From Alphaproteobacteria bacterium (GTDB taxonomy: Bacteria > Pseudomonadota > Alphaproteobacteria > Rickettsiales > 21-14-0-20-44-7), in assembly GCA_043757405.1 (NCBI GenBank), contig JAYVPI010000011.1, forward strand, positions 49,297 through 113,296: DNA of 64,000 nucleotides, given 5' to 3'. The notes below the pieces were generated by a model. That model was not told the DNA's origin. It worked only from the letters and a program-made list of their open reading frames with translations, and searched no databases. Position 1 is the first letter of the stretch; each line of letters opens with the position of its first letter. The translations under genes were made by a program, and so were the position numbers. This document shows positions 1 to 10,307 of this stretch, in pieces.

Positions 1-13
1 TTGGTCGAGAAAC

Positions 14-1063
14 ATGCGCTTAAACTTAAAATCCGAAAAGCGGGTTATGAATAAAGAATCCTGGAATAATAATTTCGATTTCCTGCGGCTTTTTGCAGCG
101 CTAGGGGTGTTATTCGGCCATTGCTTCTTGCTCACCGGGAACCATGCTAATGAACCGCTTTATATTCTTTCGGGTTGGCATATTGGTGAGTTATGTGTTT
201 TCGTTTTCTTCCTTATCAGCGGTTATTTGGTAACTGGAAGTTATACTAAACGTCCAAAAAATTATGTTCGTAATAGGTTTTTGAGGATTTTCCCTGCACT
301 TTTTATCAATGTTTTCCTGACAGCTTTTATCCTTGGCCCTTTCCTAACTACGCTTCCGATTAAGGAATATTTGACGGATCATCTCACTTATGAATATCTC
401 GCCAATATCACTTTCCTCATCTGGGATTGGCGGCTGCCCGGGGTTTTTGAAAGCATTAATCCCAACCATGTTGCCAATGGTTCATTATGGACATTGGGAC
501 CGGAAGTTATGATGTATGGCTTTATCTGGATATTGGGCAGGACGGGTGCAGATTTCAAAAAAGCGATTATTCCTATGATGCTGATCCCGGCAATAATGGT
601 TGTTATTGCTCCGGATAGAACCTCTATAATTATGGAAAATTGGAAAATGCGGATTCTTCCTGATTGGCGGCCGGCACTCTTTTTCATGATTGGCGCGGCA
701 TATTATATCCACCGTGACAATATCAAATATAACCCGCGCATTTTCGCTATTCTTATTGTGCCAGCATTCGTCGTTTCATATTTCGGGTTTCTATATCTCG
801 GCGCCTGTATAATTTTGCCTTATGCGATTTTCTATTTCGCCTTTAGCAAACGCATAAAATTAAATAACGCCGCCCGTTATGGCGATTTTTCTTATGGTAT
901 ATATATTTATGCATTCCTCGTGCAGCAGGCCCTGATTTCTCTCAGTGGCAATTCTTTGCTGCCGCTGCAGCTATTATTATATTCTTTGCCGATAACATTG
1001 CTGTTCGCCGCTTTATCATGGCACTTGGTCGAGAAAAACGCGCTGCGCTTGAAGTCTAAATGA
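14..1063 (+). CDS. Acyltransferase family 3 (OafA/YrhL-like) integral membrane protein
   Basis: 349-aa multi-TM ORF. The N-terminal FDFLRLFAALGVLFGHCF motif with a conserved His is typical of acyltransferase_3. The 3' end overlaps convergent yejF by 8 nt. Confidence 0.7.
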   Translation: MRLNLKSEKRVMNKESWNNNFDFLRLFAALGVLFGHCFLLTGNHANEPLYILSGWHIGELCVFVFFLISGYLVTGSYTKRPKNYVRNRFLRIFPALFINVFLTAFILGPFLTTLPIKEYLTDHLTYEYLANITFLIWDWRLPGVFESINPNHVANGSLWTLGPEVMMYGFIWILGRTGADFKKAIIPMMLIPAIMVVIAPDRTSIIMENWKMRILPDWRPALFFMIGAAYYIHRDNIKYNPRIFAILIVPAFVVSYFGFLYLGACIILPYAIFYFAFSKRIKLNNAARYGDFSYGIYIYAFLVQQALISLSGNSLLPLQLLLYSLPITLLFAALSWHLVEKNALRLKSK

Positions 1064-2603
1064 AACTGGCCTTGATCAATTCCTTGGTATAATCGCTTTT
1101 TGGGTTTTCAAAAATTTCCTCAGTCGGAGCATATTCGATAATCTCGCCATCCTTCATCACCGCAATATCATGTGCGAGCGCACGCATAACGCGCAGGTCG
1201 TGGCTGATGAAAATATAGCTAAGTCCGCGCTCGGTCTGCAGTTTTTTCAACAAGTCGATTATTTGCGATTGCACTGATAAATCCAACGCGCTGGTCGGCT
1301 CATCCAGCAAAATAAATTTCGGATCAAGCGCAATGGCGCGGGCGATGCCGATGCGCTGGCGCTGGCCGCCGGAGAATTCATGCGGGTAACGCGCCGCCAT
1401 TTCCGGCTGCAGGCCGACCTCGCGCAGGGTCTGGCTGATATTATCCTTTAATCCATGGGCGTTGAGTCCTTCTTTGATAATCTGCTCCACTGTCATGCGC
1501 GGATTCAAGCTACTATACGGATCCTGAAAAACCACCTGGAATTTTTTTCTGTGCGCACGCAGTTGGCGCGCGTCGTATTTACTCAAATCATTTCCATTCG
1601 CTACTATTAGGCCACTACTTTTTATTAGTTTAAGCAGCGCCATACCCAGCGTGGTTTTACCGCTGCCGCTTTCACCAACAATGCCGATAGTTTTGCCCAA
1701 AGGCACTGCCAAAGTCACATTTTTAACCGCCTGTACTTCACCAATTTTACCGCCAAAGAAGCCGCCTTTGATCGGGAAGGTGACTGACAAATTCTCACAA
1801 CTTATAACTTGTGACTTCCCATCTTTAGTTTCCACCGCCCGTCCTTTCGGTGCGGAGTTGATTAGGTGTTTAGTATATTTATGCTGCGGATTGGCGAATA
1901 CTTCCTTCACCTCCCCGTTCTCCACCAGATCGCCGTCCTTCATGATATAAACGCGGTCGCAGAGGTTTTTCACCACCGTCAGATCATGCGTGATCAGCAA
2001 TACCGCCATGCCGGTATCTTTCTGGATTTTCTTCAGCAGTTTCAAAATATCGGCGGCGACAATCACATCCAGCGCCGTTGTAGGCTCATCGGCAATCAAT
2101 AGCTCCGGGTTATTGGCAATCGCCATCGCAATCATCACCCGTTGCCGCTGCCCGCCGGAAAGCTCGTGCGGATAAGCGTTCAGGCGCGGGATGAGTTTTT
2201 TCAAGCCAACTTGCGCCATCAACTGTTCAATCCTTTCTTTGGCGGCGGCTTTGGGCATTGGATTATGCGTTTGGATAACTTCCTCAATTTGACGGCCGAT
2301 TTTGTGCAGCGGGTTCAAACTCGTCATCGGCTCCTGGAAAATCATCCCGATTTTCGTGCCGCGGATTTTGCGCAAAACCTGGTCATTCGCCGCTAATACT
2401 TCTACGCCGTCAAATTCAATACTGCCGCTTTGCTTTGCGCCTTGAACTAGTTGTAAAACTGACAAAGCAGTAACCGATTTCCCAGAGCCGGATTCGCCAA
2501 CCAGCGCCACCATTTCACTCTTGTTGATTTGCAATTCAGCATTTTTGACAACATGATTGCTGCCGAAAAGAATGTTCAAAGCTTTGATTTCGAGCAAACT
2601 CAT
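1056..2603 (-). CDS. yejF: ABC transporter ATP-binding protein with two fused ATPase domains (YejF-like peptide importer)
   Basis: 515 aa with two Walker A motifs (GESGSGKS, GESGSGKT) and two LSGGQRQR signatures. Last gene of a permease-permease-ATPase operon. Confidence 0.85.
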   Translation of the reverse strand: MSLLEIKALNILFGSNHVVKNAELQINKSEMVALVGESGSGKSVTALSVLQLVQGAKQSGSIEFDGVEVLAANDQVLRKIRGTKIGMIFQEPMTSLNPLHKIGRQIEEVIQTHNPMPKAAAKERIEQLMAQVGLKKLIPRLNAYPHELSGGQRQRVMIAMAIANNPELLIADEPTTALDVIVAADILKLLKKIQKDTGMAVLLITHDLTVVKNLCDRVYIMKDGDLVENGEVKEVFANPQHKYTKHLINSAPKGRAVETKDGKSQVISCENLSVTFPIKGGFFGGKIGEVQAVKNVTLAVPLGKTIGIVGESGSGKTTLGMALLKLIKSSGLIVANGNDLSKYDARQLRAHRKKFQVVFQDPYSSLNPRMTVEQIIKEGLNAHGLKDNISQTLREVGLQPEMAARYPHEFSGGQRQRIGIARAIALDPKFILLDEPTSALDLSVQSQIIDLLKKLQTERGLSYIFISHDLRVMRALAHDIAVMKDGEIIEYAPTEEIFENPKSDYTKELIKASFI

Positions 2604-2617
2604 AATAAAATCTCCGC

Positions 2618-2673
2618 AGATCCTGAATTCATTTCAGGATCTCTTCGAATAGATCCCGAAACAAGTTCGGGAT
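2618..2673. repeat. Two adjacent short hairpins in the yejE-yejF spacer
   Basis: agatcctgaa-ttcat-ttcaggatct (2618-2642) and atcccgaa-acaag-ttcgggat (2653-2673). Both are perfect stems read directly from the sequence. Confidence 0.5.
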
Positions 2674-2691
2674 ATGCAATTTGGGAGCAGT

Positions 2692-3702
2692 TCATTTCAC
2701 CACCTTTCGCGGATCAAACGCATCCCGCACCGCTTCACCGATGAACATTAGAAGACTGAGCATAATTGAGAGCGAGAAAAACGCTGTCAAACCAAGCCAA
2801 GGCGAATCAAGATTATTTTTTCCCTGCAAGGTCAATTCGCCAAGCGACGGATAACTAGATGGTAATCCGTAACCCAGGAAATCAAGAGCAGAAAGGCTGG
2901 TGATAGCGCCGGTGAGGATGAACGGAAGCATGGCCATGGTTGAGGTGAGGGCGTTAGGAAGTATATGGCGGAAGATGATATTGATCTCCTTAACACCCAG
3001 CGCACGTGCCGCACGCACAAAATCCAGTTTACGGGCGCGGAAAAATTCTGCACGCACATAATCCGTCACTCCCATCCAGCCGAAAGCCAGCATGATTACG
3101 AAAACGATGAATATGCTGGGGTTGATCATGCTGAAAACGATTATGAACAAAAATAACCGCGGCACTGCCGACCAGATTTCCATGAAACGCTGCATAAATA
3201 TATCAAGCCAACCGCCGAAATAGCCGATAATGGCGCCAATAGTAATACCTATAACTGCAATCCATAAAGTGAACCATGAACCGTATAAGACTGAAAGCCG
3301 GAAACCATAAATCATCCTCGCCGCCACATCGCGCCCCTGATCATCCGTGCCAAGCAAATGTTCCAGTGATGGCGGTGCCAGCACTTGCGTGCCTAGATTG
3401 AATATATGTCCATACTCGATTGGCGGCATGATAATATATCCATTGGAATTAATAAGATCACGCACGAATGGGTCTTTATAATCCGTCTCAGTTTCAAATG
3501 CGCCGCCGAAATTGGTTTCTGGGTAATTTTTAAATATTGGAAAATATGCTTTGCCGTGAGACATCACCAAAATCGGTTTGTCATTGGCCAGAAATTCAGA
3601 AAACAAGGTGATGAAAAGCAAAATTGAAAACGCGATCAGTGAATAATAACCACGCTTATTTGCTTTAAATTTGCGAATGCGGTTTCTTGCTAGCGGTGAC
3701 AT
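2692..3702 (-). CDS. yejE: ABC transporter permease (YejE-like)
   Basis: 336-aa multi-TM protein of the BPD-transporter inner membrane type. Its start overlaps the yejB stop. Confidence 0.8.
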   Translation of the reverse strand: MSPLARNRIRKFKANKRGYYSLIAFSILLFITLFSEFLANDKPILVMSHGKAYFPIFKNYPETNFGGAFETETDYKDPFVRDLINSNGYIIMPPIEYGHIFNLGTQVLAPPSLEHLLGTDDQGRDVAARMIYGFRLSVLYGSWFTLWIAVIGITIGAIIGYFGGWLDIFMQRFMEIWSAVPRLFLFIIVFSMINPSIFIVFVIMLAFGWMGVTDYVRAEFFRARKLDFVRAARALGVKEINIIFRHILPNALTSTMAMLPFILTGAITSLSALDFLGYGLPSSYPSLGELTLQGKNNLDSPWLGLTAFFSLSIMLSLLMFIGEAVRDAFDPRKVVK

Positions 3703-4769
3703 TATTTCCCCTCAAAATCAATTCGCGGATCAACCAAAGCATAGGTAATATCGCGGATAATCGTTAGTACAAGCGCGATTAGCGAGAAAATAAATAACGT
3801 GCCGAACATGACAGGATAATCACGGGATACAACAGCTTCAAAACCTAGGCGGCCCAAACCATCAAGAGAAAATATAACTTCAATAATCACCGTGCTGGTA
3901 AATAATATGCCGATCAATGCCGCCGGCACGCCGGAAATAATGATCATCATCGCATTGCGGAAAATATGCCCATAAAGAACGCGTCTTTCTGTCAGGCCTT
4001 TGGCGCGTGCGGTCAATACATACTGCTTATTGATCTCTTCTAAAAATGAGTTTTTGGTGAGCATAGTCAATGCCGCGAATTCGCTGATTACCAATGCTGT
4101 CAGCGGCAAAACCATATGCCAGCTATAATCGAGAATTTTACTCGTTAAACTCAACTCATGCCAGTTATCGGAAACCAATCCCCGCAATGGAAAAAGATTC
4201 CAATAACTATCTCCCGCAAAAAGTACGATCAGCAAAATAGCGAATAGAAAAGACGGAATCGCATAAAAAATTATAATGGCAACACTGGACCAGAAATCGA
4301 ATTCATCTCCATCTCTCACTGCCTTTTTTACACCCAGCGGAATCGAGATCAAATAACTTAGCAATGTCGCCCACAGACCCAGTGAAATCGAAACAGGAAG
4401 TTTTTCTTTTACCAATTGGATAACTGTTTTATCCTGATAAAAACTAGTGCCAAAGTCAAATTTGAGGTAGTTCAGCGCCATATCTTTAAAGCGCGTTAGT
4501 GGCGGTTTGTCGAAGCCGTAAAGCTTCTTGATTTGCTCGATCATCTCCGGATCCAACCCGCGCCGCCCGCGATATAACTGCCCTTTGGAAACCTCTGAAC
4601 CGCCGCTGCCAATGTTCGCTGTGGCGCTCTCCGCCTTACCTTCCAGCTGCATCACCAGCTGCTCCACCGGCCCGCCTGGCGCGATTTGCACCAGTGCGAA
4701 ATTCAGCGCCATAATGCCGAATAGGGTGGGGATTATCAGCAATAAACGGCGAAGTATATAAGCTTTCAT
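3702..4769 (-). CDS. yejB: ABC transporter permease (YejB-like)
   Basis: 355-aa multi-TM protein of the DppB/OppB type. First gene of the operon in this window; no adjacent substrate-binding gene. Confidence 0.8.
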   Translation of the reverse strand: MKAYILRRLLLIIPTLFGIMALNFALVQIAPGGPVEQLVMQLEGKAESATANIGSGGSEVSKGQLYRGRRGLDPEMIEQIKKLYGFDKPPLTRFKDMALNYLKFDFGTSFYQDKTVIQLVKEKLPVSISLGLWATLLSYLISIPLGVKKAVRDGDEFDFWSSVAIIIFYAIPSFLFAILLIVLFAGDSYWNLFPLRGLVSDNWHELSLTSKILDYSWHMVLPLTALVISEFAALTMLTKNSFLEEINKQYVLTARAKGLTERRVLYGHIFRNAMMIIISGVPAALIGILFTSTVIIEVIFSLDGLGRLGFEAVVSRDYPVMFGTLFIFSLIALVLTIIRDITYALVDPRIDFEGK

Positions 4770-4780
4770 GGTGCTAGGAA

Positions 4781-4801
4781 CCTAACACCTAAAACCTAAG
4801 C
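4781..4801. repeat. Imperfect heptamer array cctaaca/cctaaaa/cctaagc
   Basis: Three consecutive 7-nt units lie between the yejB start and the stop of the DUF1013 gene. Confidence 0.5.
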
Positions 4802-5332
4802 CGCGCTATCTTTTTTCTTCATTTTCTCAATCATCGTATTGAGCGCCGTCTGGGTGCATAAACCGAGCAACACCGGGTCGCGCGGGTTCAGGTTGCTGAT
4901 GTTCCAATAGCTGCGGCCGCGGATGGCTTCAATGGTTTTTTTAGTGGTGCCGATGAGTTTGACGATCTGCGAATCGGCGAATTCAGGGTGGTGTTTCAAT
5001 AGCCATGCGATTGCGTCCGGCTTGTCCTGGCGGCGGGCGACCGGGGTATAGCGTGCGCCCTTGCGCTGTTTGGCGCTGAACTCTATGGCCGAGGAATTCA
5101 TTTTCAACTGCGCCGTATCATCCGCTTCGCAGCGCTCGATTTCTTCTTTGGTCAGCTCATTTGATTTTACTGGGTCGTTCGGCTGGATGGAACCGGCGAC
5201 ATCGCCATCGGCAATGCCCTGGATTTCCAGCGGGTGCATTTGTGTGAAGGCCGCGATCTGGTCGAAAGTCAGGGTGGAATTGTCGATCAGCCATTTGGCG
5301 GTCGCCTTTGGCATAAATGGTGCGGTTGTCAT
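4796..5332 (-). CDS. DUF1013 family protein (TrcR-like, conserved in Alphaproteobacteria)
   Basis: 178 aa. The N-terminus MPKATAKWLIDNSTLTFDQIAAFTQMHPLEIQGIADG matches my recollection of the DUF1013 family. The true start could be Met7. Confidence 0.65.
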   Translation of the reverse strand: MTTAPFMPKATAKWLIDNSTLTFDQIAAFTQMHPLEIQGIADGDVAGSIQPNDPVKSNELTKEEIERCEADDTAQLKMNSSAIEFSAKQRKGARYTPVARRQDKPDAIAWLLKHHPEFADSQIVKLIGTTKKTIEAIRGRSYWNISNLNPRDPVLLGLCTQTALNTMIEKMKKKDSAA

Positions 5333-5381
5333 AGTAATCCTTTGTTTTCCTTGATAGCCGCGCTTTTACACCAAAACCCGC

Positions 5382-7862
5382 TTGCAGTACAAGAAAAATC
5401 GGCTAGATTCGAGCAGAATGCAGCCACCCATCCGCCCCAACCGACAACCTAATTCAAGGCAAAATCTCAATTTGCTTATTTCCCGGATGTTGTTCTGGGT
5501 TTTCCTGCTTATTTGCTTCGGCGCAGTGGGTGTTTTTGCCATTTTTGCCTTTTATAGCAAGGACTTGCCGTCTACGGAGGAATTGAAGAATTATTACCCG
5601 AAGACTACCACCCGCCTCTATGACGCCAATGGCGGATTATTGGCGGAATTCGCCTCCGAGCGCCGCGTTTTTGTGCCGATTGGCTTTATTCCCGATAATG
5701 TGAAACAGGCATTTATTTCCGCCGAGGACCAGAATTTTTATGAGCATTCCGGCGTCGATGTAATCTCCATAATTCGTGCTATGGGCAATAACGCCATCAA
5801 TAAATTCACCGGTCATGGCGGCGTCAGCGGCGGTTCCACAATCACCCAGCAAGTGGTGAAAAATCTTCTCCTCACCAAGGAGCGCAGCTTCTCGCGTAAG
5901 GCCAAAGAGGCAATTCTGGCGATTCGCGTTACGCAATCGATGAGCAAGGATAAAATTTTGGAAATTTATTTGAACGAAATTTTCCTAGGTAATCGTTCAT
6001 ATGGCGTAGTGGCGGCGGCATATAATTATTTTAATAAATCGATTGATGAATTGACGATAGAAGAAGCCGCATTTCTTGCCGGCCTGCCGAAAGCGCCCAG
6101 CGAATTTGACCCGCGTAATAATTATGAACGCTCAATGCAACGCCGGAATTATGTTCTCCAAAGGATGCGCCATAATGGTTATATAACCCAGGAACAGGCG
6201 GAAACCGCCGCGGCCAAACCAATTGCATTGCGCGAGGCCAAAGAGAAGGAGATCGTCAGCACCAGCTTCGCTGAAGAAGTTCGCCGTTTTTTGGTGACCA
6301 AATATGGCGAAGAACAAGCTTATGGCGGCGGTTTGACGGTGCGCTCCACGCTGAATCCCAAACTGCAGAAATTCGCCGAGAAGGCTTTGTATGAAGGTAT
6401 TACCGGTTACGATCGCAACCATGGCTGGCGCGGTCCAATTTCTCATGTCCAGGATTTAGAATTGTGGAAGGAACAGCTCTCGGCAATAAAAGACCCGCAA
6501 CAACTTGGCTTGTGGAAGCTTGCTGCAGTGTTGAGCACAAGCGACAAAAGCGCACAAGTGGGTTTCAAAGATGGCAAAACCGCGACGCTTGGCTTCGATG
6601 GCGTGAAATGGGCGCGTAAATGGTATTCCGGCCAACGCATTGGTTTGCCGCCTTCTAACATTAAGGAAGTAATCAAAGCCGGGGATGTCGTCGCGGTTTC
6701 GTTTAAGGATGATAAATATACGCTGGAGCAAATTCCTGATGTAAACGGCGCGATGATTGTCATGGATCCATCCAGCGGCCGCGTGCTGGCGATGGTTGGT
6801 GGTTATCCATATGGCAATAGCGATTTCAACCGCGCGACGCAAGCTAAACGCCAGCCGGGCTCATCATTCAAGCCGATTGTATATCTCGCGGCTTTGGAAA
6901 ACGGTTTCCTGCCATCTACAGTGGTTAATGATGGCCCAATTGCCATTCCGCAAGGGCCGGGTCTTCCTATGTGGACCCCGAAAAACTATGGGGGTGATTT
7001 CTTAGGTCCAATTCCATTACGCATGGCACTCGCTAAATCGCGCAATAATGTGACGGTGCTATTGTCACTAATGATGGGTGTGGGTAAGGTACAGGAAATG
7101 GCGACGCGGCTGGGGGTGTTGGATAAGCCGGAGCCTTATTATTCGATGGTGCTTGGCGCGGATGAAACTACGCTGATGAAGCTGATTACGGCTTATGCGG
7201 TGATTGATAATAATGGTAAGCAAGTAAAACCAATTTTAATTGACCGCATCCAGGACCGCGCCGGCCGCACAATTTTCAAAGGCGATACGCGTGAATGTAT
7301 TGGCTGTAGTGGTGATAAGATCAGCGCCACCGCCCCGCAAATTGTCGATAACGCTAAACAACTCGTTGATCCGGCCACAACATATCAGCTCATCACCATG
7401 ATGCAGGGCGTGATCCAATTTGGTACGGCGACCCGCGCCAAAATTCTTGGCCGCCCGATTGCCGGAAAAACCGGAACCACCAATGACAGCCTTGATACCT
7501 GGTTCATGGGCTTCACGCCGGATATTGTTGTCGGAACTTATATCGGCTTTGACCATCCACGCACTTTAGGCCGTGATGCGACTGGAGCTTCCGTGCCATT
7601 GCCGGCGTTTATCAGCTTCATGCAAAACGCGATGAAAGATGTGCCGCCAAAGCAATTCGCGATTCCATCAGGAGTGCGTTTGCAGCGTATTGATTTGGCC
7701 ACGGGCCGTGCCCCCAATGAATTCACTAACCCGGCCAATATAGGTATGGAAGTCATTAACCCACACGCGCCGGGGAATATCAATTATTCCGACGAATATA
7801 AGGAAAGATATCTGGGCGGTTCCGGCGTTGGTAGTGGATCGATTGATAGCGGCTTATATTAA
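5382..7862 (+). CDS. mrcA: Penicillin-binding protein 1A (glycosyltransferase + transpeptidase)
   Basis: 826 aa with an N-terminal TM anchor, GT51 motifs (EDQNFYEHSGVD, GGSTITQQ), transpeptidase SSFKP (SxxK) and KTGTT. Confidence 0.9.
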   Translation: MQYKKNRLDSSRMQPPIRPNRQPNSRQNLNLLISRMLFWVFLLICFGAVGVFAIFAFYSKDLPSTEELKNYYPKTTTRLYDANGGLLAEFASERRVFVPIGFIPDNVKQAFISAEDQNFYEHSGVDVISIIRAMGNNAINKFTGHGGVSGGSTITQQVVKNLLLTKERSFSRKAKEAILAIRVTQSMSKDKILEIYLNEIFLGNRSYGVVAAAYNYFNKSIDELTIEEAAFLAGLPKAPSEFDPRNNYERSMQRRNYVLQRMRHNGYITQEQAETAAAKPIALREAKEKEIVSTSFAEEVRRFLVTKYGEEQAYGGGLTVRSTLNPKLQKFAEKALYEGITGYDRNHGWRGPISHVQDLELWKEQLSAIKDPQQLGLWKLAAVLSTSDKSAQVGFKDGKTATLGFDGVKWARKWYSGQRIGLPPSNIKEVIKAGDVVAVSFKDDKYTLEQIPDVNGAMIVMDPSSGRVLAMVGGYPYGNSDFNRATQAKRQPGSSFKPIVYLAALENGFLPSTVVNDGPIAIPQGPGLPMWTPKNYGGDFLGPIPLRMALAKSRNNVTVLLSLMMGVGKVQEMATRLGVLDKPEPYYSMVLGADETTLMKLITAYAVIDNNGKQVKPILIDRIQDRAGRTIFKGDTRECIGCSGDKISATAPQIVDNAKQLVDPATTYQLITMMQGVIQFGTATRAKILGRPIAGKTGTTNDSLDTWFMGFTPDIVVGTYIGFDHPRTLGRDATGASVPLPAFISFMQNAMKDVPPKQFAIPSGVRLQRIDLATGRAPNEFTNPANIGMEVINPHAPGNINYSDEYKERYLGGSGVGSGSIDSGLY

Positions 7863-8615
7863 ATCAAATTGCAGCCCATCATATGCTGGTGCAACGCCGC
7901 TTGGCAACTCGCTTTTTATTATGTCGTAATCCAGGTTCGCGCCCATATGGGTTAGGTAGGCTTGTTTGGGTTTGTATTCTTCGATCCATTCCAGGGTTTG
8001 CTTTAAGTGCGAATGCGTCGGCGCAACTTCGCGGCGCAGGCAATCTACCACCCAGACATCGGCGTTATACAAAGAGGATTTTGATTCATTGGGAAAGTTT
8101 TTTACGTCGGTGGAATAGATGAAATTATTGATGCGGTAGCCGACGGAATGGACGGATCCGTGATCTTGTAAAAATGGGAGGATCTTGAATTCACCGAACT
8201 GGAAAGTTTTGAGCATGGAAATATGGTGCGCGCGCAAAGAGGGGCGGAACCAGCCATATTCGGGTTTGGGAGCTTTGAAGCAATAGGCGAAGCGCTCGGT
8301 GATTTCCGCCATGGTTTCTTCATCGCCATAGGCGTCAATAGGGCCTTGTTTGAGGTAGTTAAAAGATTTGATATCGTCAATTCCATGCACATGGTCAGCA
8401 TGGGGGTGTGTGTAAAGCACGGCGTCGATTTTGCTGATATTATTGTCTAAAGCCTGTTGGCGCAGGTCGGGGGAGGTATCGATGAGGATATTGGTTTTTT
8501 CGCCGGTGATGTGGACTGAACAGCGAGTACGGATGTTCTTTGGGTTCGGCGGTATTTGTGCGCCGATATGCGGAACGCCGCTGGATGAGCCGCAGCCGAG
8601 GATGGTGATTTTCAT
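7854..8615 (-). CDS. MBL-fold metallo-hydrolase
   Basis: 253 aa with the THPHADHVHG metal-binding motif. It overlaps the tatD stop, and tatD followed by an MBL gene is a common alphaproteobacterial pair. Confidence 0.8.
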   Translation of the reverse strand: MKITILGCGSSSGVPHIGAQIPPNPKNIRTRCSVHITGEKTNILIDTSPDLRQQALDNNISKIDAVLYTHPHADHVHGIDDIKSFNYLKQGPIDAYGDEETMAEITERFAYCFKAPKPEYGWFRPSLRAHHISMLKTFQFGEFKILPFLQDHGSVHSVGYRINNFIYSTDVKNFPNESKSSLYNADVWVVDCLRREVAPTHSHLKQTLEWIEEYKPKQAYLTHMGANLDYDIIKSELPSGVAPAYDGLQFDLI

Positions 8616-9379
8616 TGCGGCACCTTTATGAAAAGTTTGTGGAAGTTTTCAGTTGTTGCTTTTTCAACTTCTTTGAAGCTGATGCCTCTCAACTCCGCTA
8701 GTTTTTCAGCGGTGAATTTGGTGAAGGCCGGCTCGTTGCGTTTGCCGCGATTGGGGAGAGGGGCGAGATATGGGGAATCGGTTTCTACCAGCAAACGGTC
8801 TAGTGGGAGTTTTTTGGCCCTTTCTTGTAAATCTGTGGCGGTTTTGAAGGTGAGGATGCCGGAGAGGGAGATATACAGGCCATTATCGATGGCGCATTTG
8901 GCGACTTCGTAAGTGGAGGAGAAGCAGTGCAACAAGCCGGGGAAGGGCGCTTCACGCTTGATGATTTCAATCATATCCTCGTCGGCGTTGCGGGTGTGGA
9001 TGACTAATGGCAGGCCGGTTTCACGGGCAGCGACGATATGTTCGAGGAAACATTGTTTCTGCTCCTCGCGCGGGGAATGCTCATAATAAAAATCCAAACC
9101 GGTTTCGCCGATGCCGACGCATTTGGGGTGTTTGGTTTTTTCGATTAATTCTGCGGCCGTGACGCTGGTATGTTTCATCGCATCATGCGGATGCACGCCA
9201 ACGGTGCAGAAGATGTTTTCATATTTATCGGCAATCGCGGCGATTTCCTCGAATTCGGCCATTTTGGTGCAGATGGAAACCATTTTCCCAACGCCATATT
9301 CCGCCGCGCGCGCCACAACCGCATCAAGATCATCCTTGAAATCGGGGAAGTTCAAATGGCAGTGTGAATCGACCAGCAT
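8612..9379 (-). CDS. tatD: TatD-family metal-dependent hydrolase
   Basis: 255 aa. MLVDSHCHLNF at the N-terminus, and VGIGETGLDFYY and ETDSPYL motifs. Confidence 0.85.
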   Translation of the reverse strand: MLVDSHCHLNFPDFKDDLDAVVARAAEYGVGKMVSICTKMAEFEEIAAIADKYENIFCTVGVHPHDAMKHTSVTAAELIEKTKHPKCVGIGETGLDFYYEHSPREEQKQCFLEHIVAARETGLPLVIHTRNADEDMIEIIKREAPFPGLLHCFSSTYEVAKCAIDNGLYISLSGILTFKTATDLQERAKKLPLDRLLVETDSPYLAPLPNRGKRNEPAFTKFTAEKLAELRGISFKEVEKATTENFHKLFIKVPQ

Positions 9380-9423
9380 ATCCTTATTGTAAATATATTT
9401 GGCCCACCGTAAAAGGGAATATT

Positions 9424-10077
9424 ATGAGCAGTCACTTATTCATGCCCGAAAATCTCTCGCGCTATATCAGCGAGACAATCTCCCGCGAGCTTCCGGTGCA
9501 GAAGGCTTTGCGCGTGAAAACTATGGAATTGCCAAATGCCAATATGCTGACAACCCCGGATCAGGTGGGGTTTCTGCAGATGTTGGTGAAGTTGACCGGG
9601 GCGAAGAAGATTTTGGAAATTGGGACTTTTACCGGATATAGCGCATTGGCGATGGCGCTTGTCTTGCCACAGGATGGGAAGTTGACGGCTTGTGATATGA
9701 GCAAAAAATATACCGATATTGGCCGCGAGTTTTGGCAGGAAGCTGGGGTTGCGGAGAAAATTGAAGTGAAGTTGGGCAATGCGCATGAGACTGTGAATGA
9801 GTTGCTTAAAAACGGCGCGAATTTTGATATGGCGTTTATTGACGCGGATAAAGGCGGATATGATTTTTATTATGAAACTTGTTTGAAACTGGTGCGCACC
9901 GGCGGTTTGATCGCTTTTGATAATATGATTTGGGGCGGGGATGTGGCAGATGTTTCAATCACCGACCGCGATACACTGGCGCTCAGGAATTTGAATGCGA
10001 AAATAATTAAAGATGAGCGCGTCGATGCCTGCCTGCTCACCGTGGCAGATGGCATAATGTTGGCGCGCGTGCGCTAG
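9424..10077 (+). CDS. Class I SAM-dependent O-methyltransferase (caffeoyl-CoA OMT-like)
   Basis: ILEIGTFTGYSAL SAM-binding motif and FDMAFIDADK. The ATG at 9424 is preferred over the track start at 9364, which would overlap tatD. Confidence 0.8.
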   Translation: MSSHLFMPENLSRYISETISRELPVQKALRVKTMELPNANMLTTPDQVGFLQMLVKLTGAKKILEIGTFTGYSALAMALVLPQDGKLTACDMSKKYTDIGREFWQEAGVAEKIEVKLGNAHETVNELLKNGANFDMAFIDADKGGYDFYYETCLKLVRTGGLIAFDNMIWGGDVADVSITDRDTLALRNLNAKIIKDERVDACLLTVADGIMLARVR

Positions 10078-10163
10078 AATATGCTGACGATATCCTGGCC
10101 GATACCTTTTACAGTATTGCAGGCGGCGAGAATAACTAAGCTGAATAATGTGAGATATTTCAT
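10074..10163 (-). CDS. Entericidin EcnA/B-family small lipoprotein (29 aa, below the ORF-track cutoff)
   Basis: Hand translation gives MKYLTLFSLVILAACNTVKGIGQDIVSIF. It has an LAAC lipobox followed by CNTxxGxGxD, as in entericidins. Its stop overlaps the OMT stop on the opposite strand. Confidence 0.55.
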   Translation of the reverse strand: MKYLTLFSLVILAACNTVKGIGQDIVSIF

Positions 10164-10259
10164 CCCTATAGCTTGCAACAAATTATAAATTTGTCAATTG
10201 CATTTATCGGTTCCGTATATCTTACGAAAGCATAAGCCACCCGAAGCCAAAGGCGAAGG

Positions 10260-10307
10260 GTGGTGGGCGGTTAGGGATTCGAACCCCAGACCCTCTCGGT
10301 GTAAACG
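10260..10307 (-). repeat. att direct repeat: duplicated 3' portion of tRNA-Val (distal island boundary)
   Basis: 48/48 identity to 16404-16451. It covers the acceptor 3' strand, the T-arm, the variable loop and part of the anticodon arm. Confidence 0.9.

Noticed and set aside
3702-4769. Absence of a yejA-type substrate-binding gene upstream of yejB as evidence of operon decay
   Set aside because: The three transporter genes are intact, and the binding-protein gene may simply be encoded elsewhere. The sequence shows no sign of pseudogenisation.
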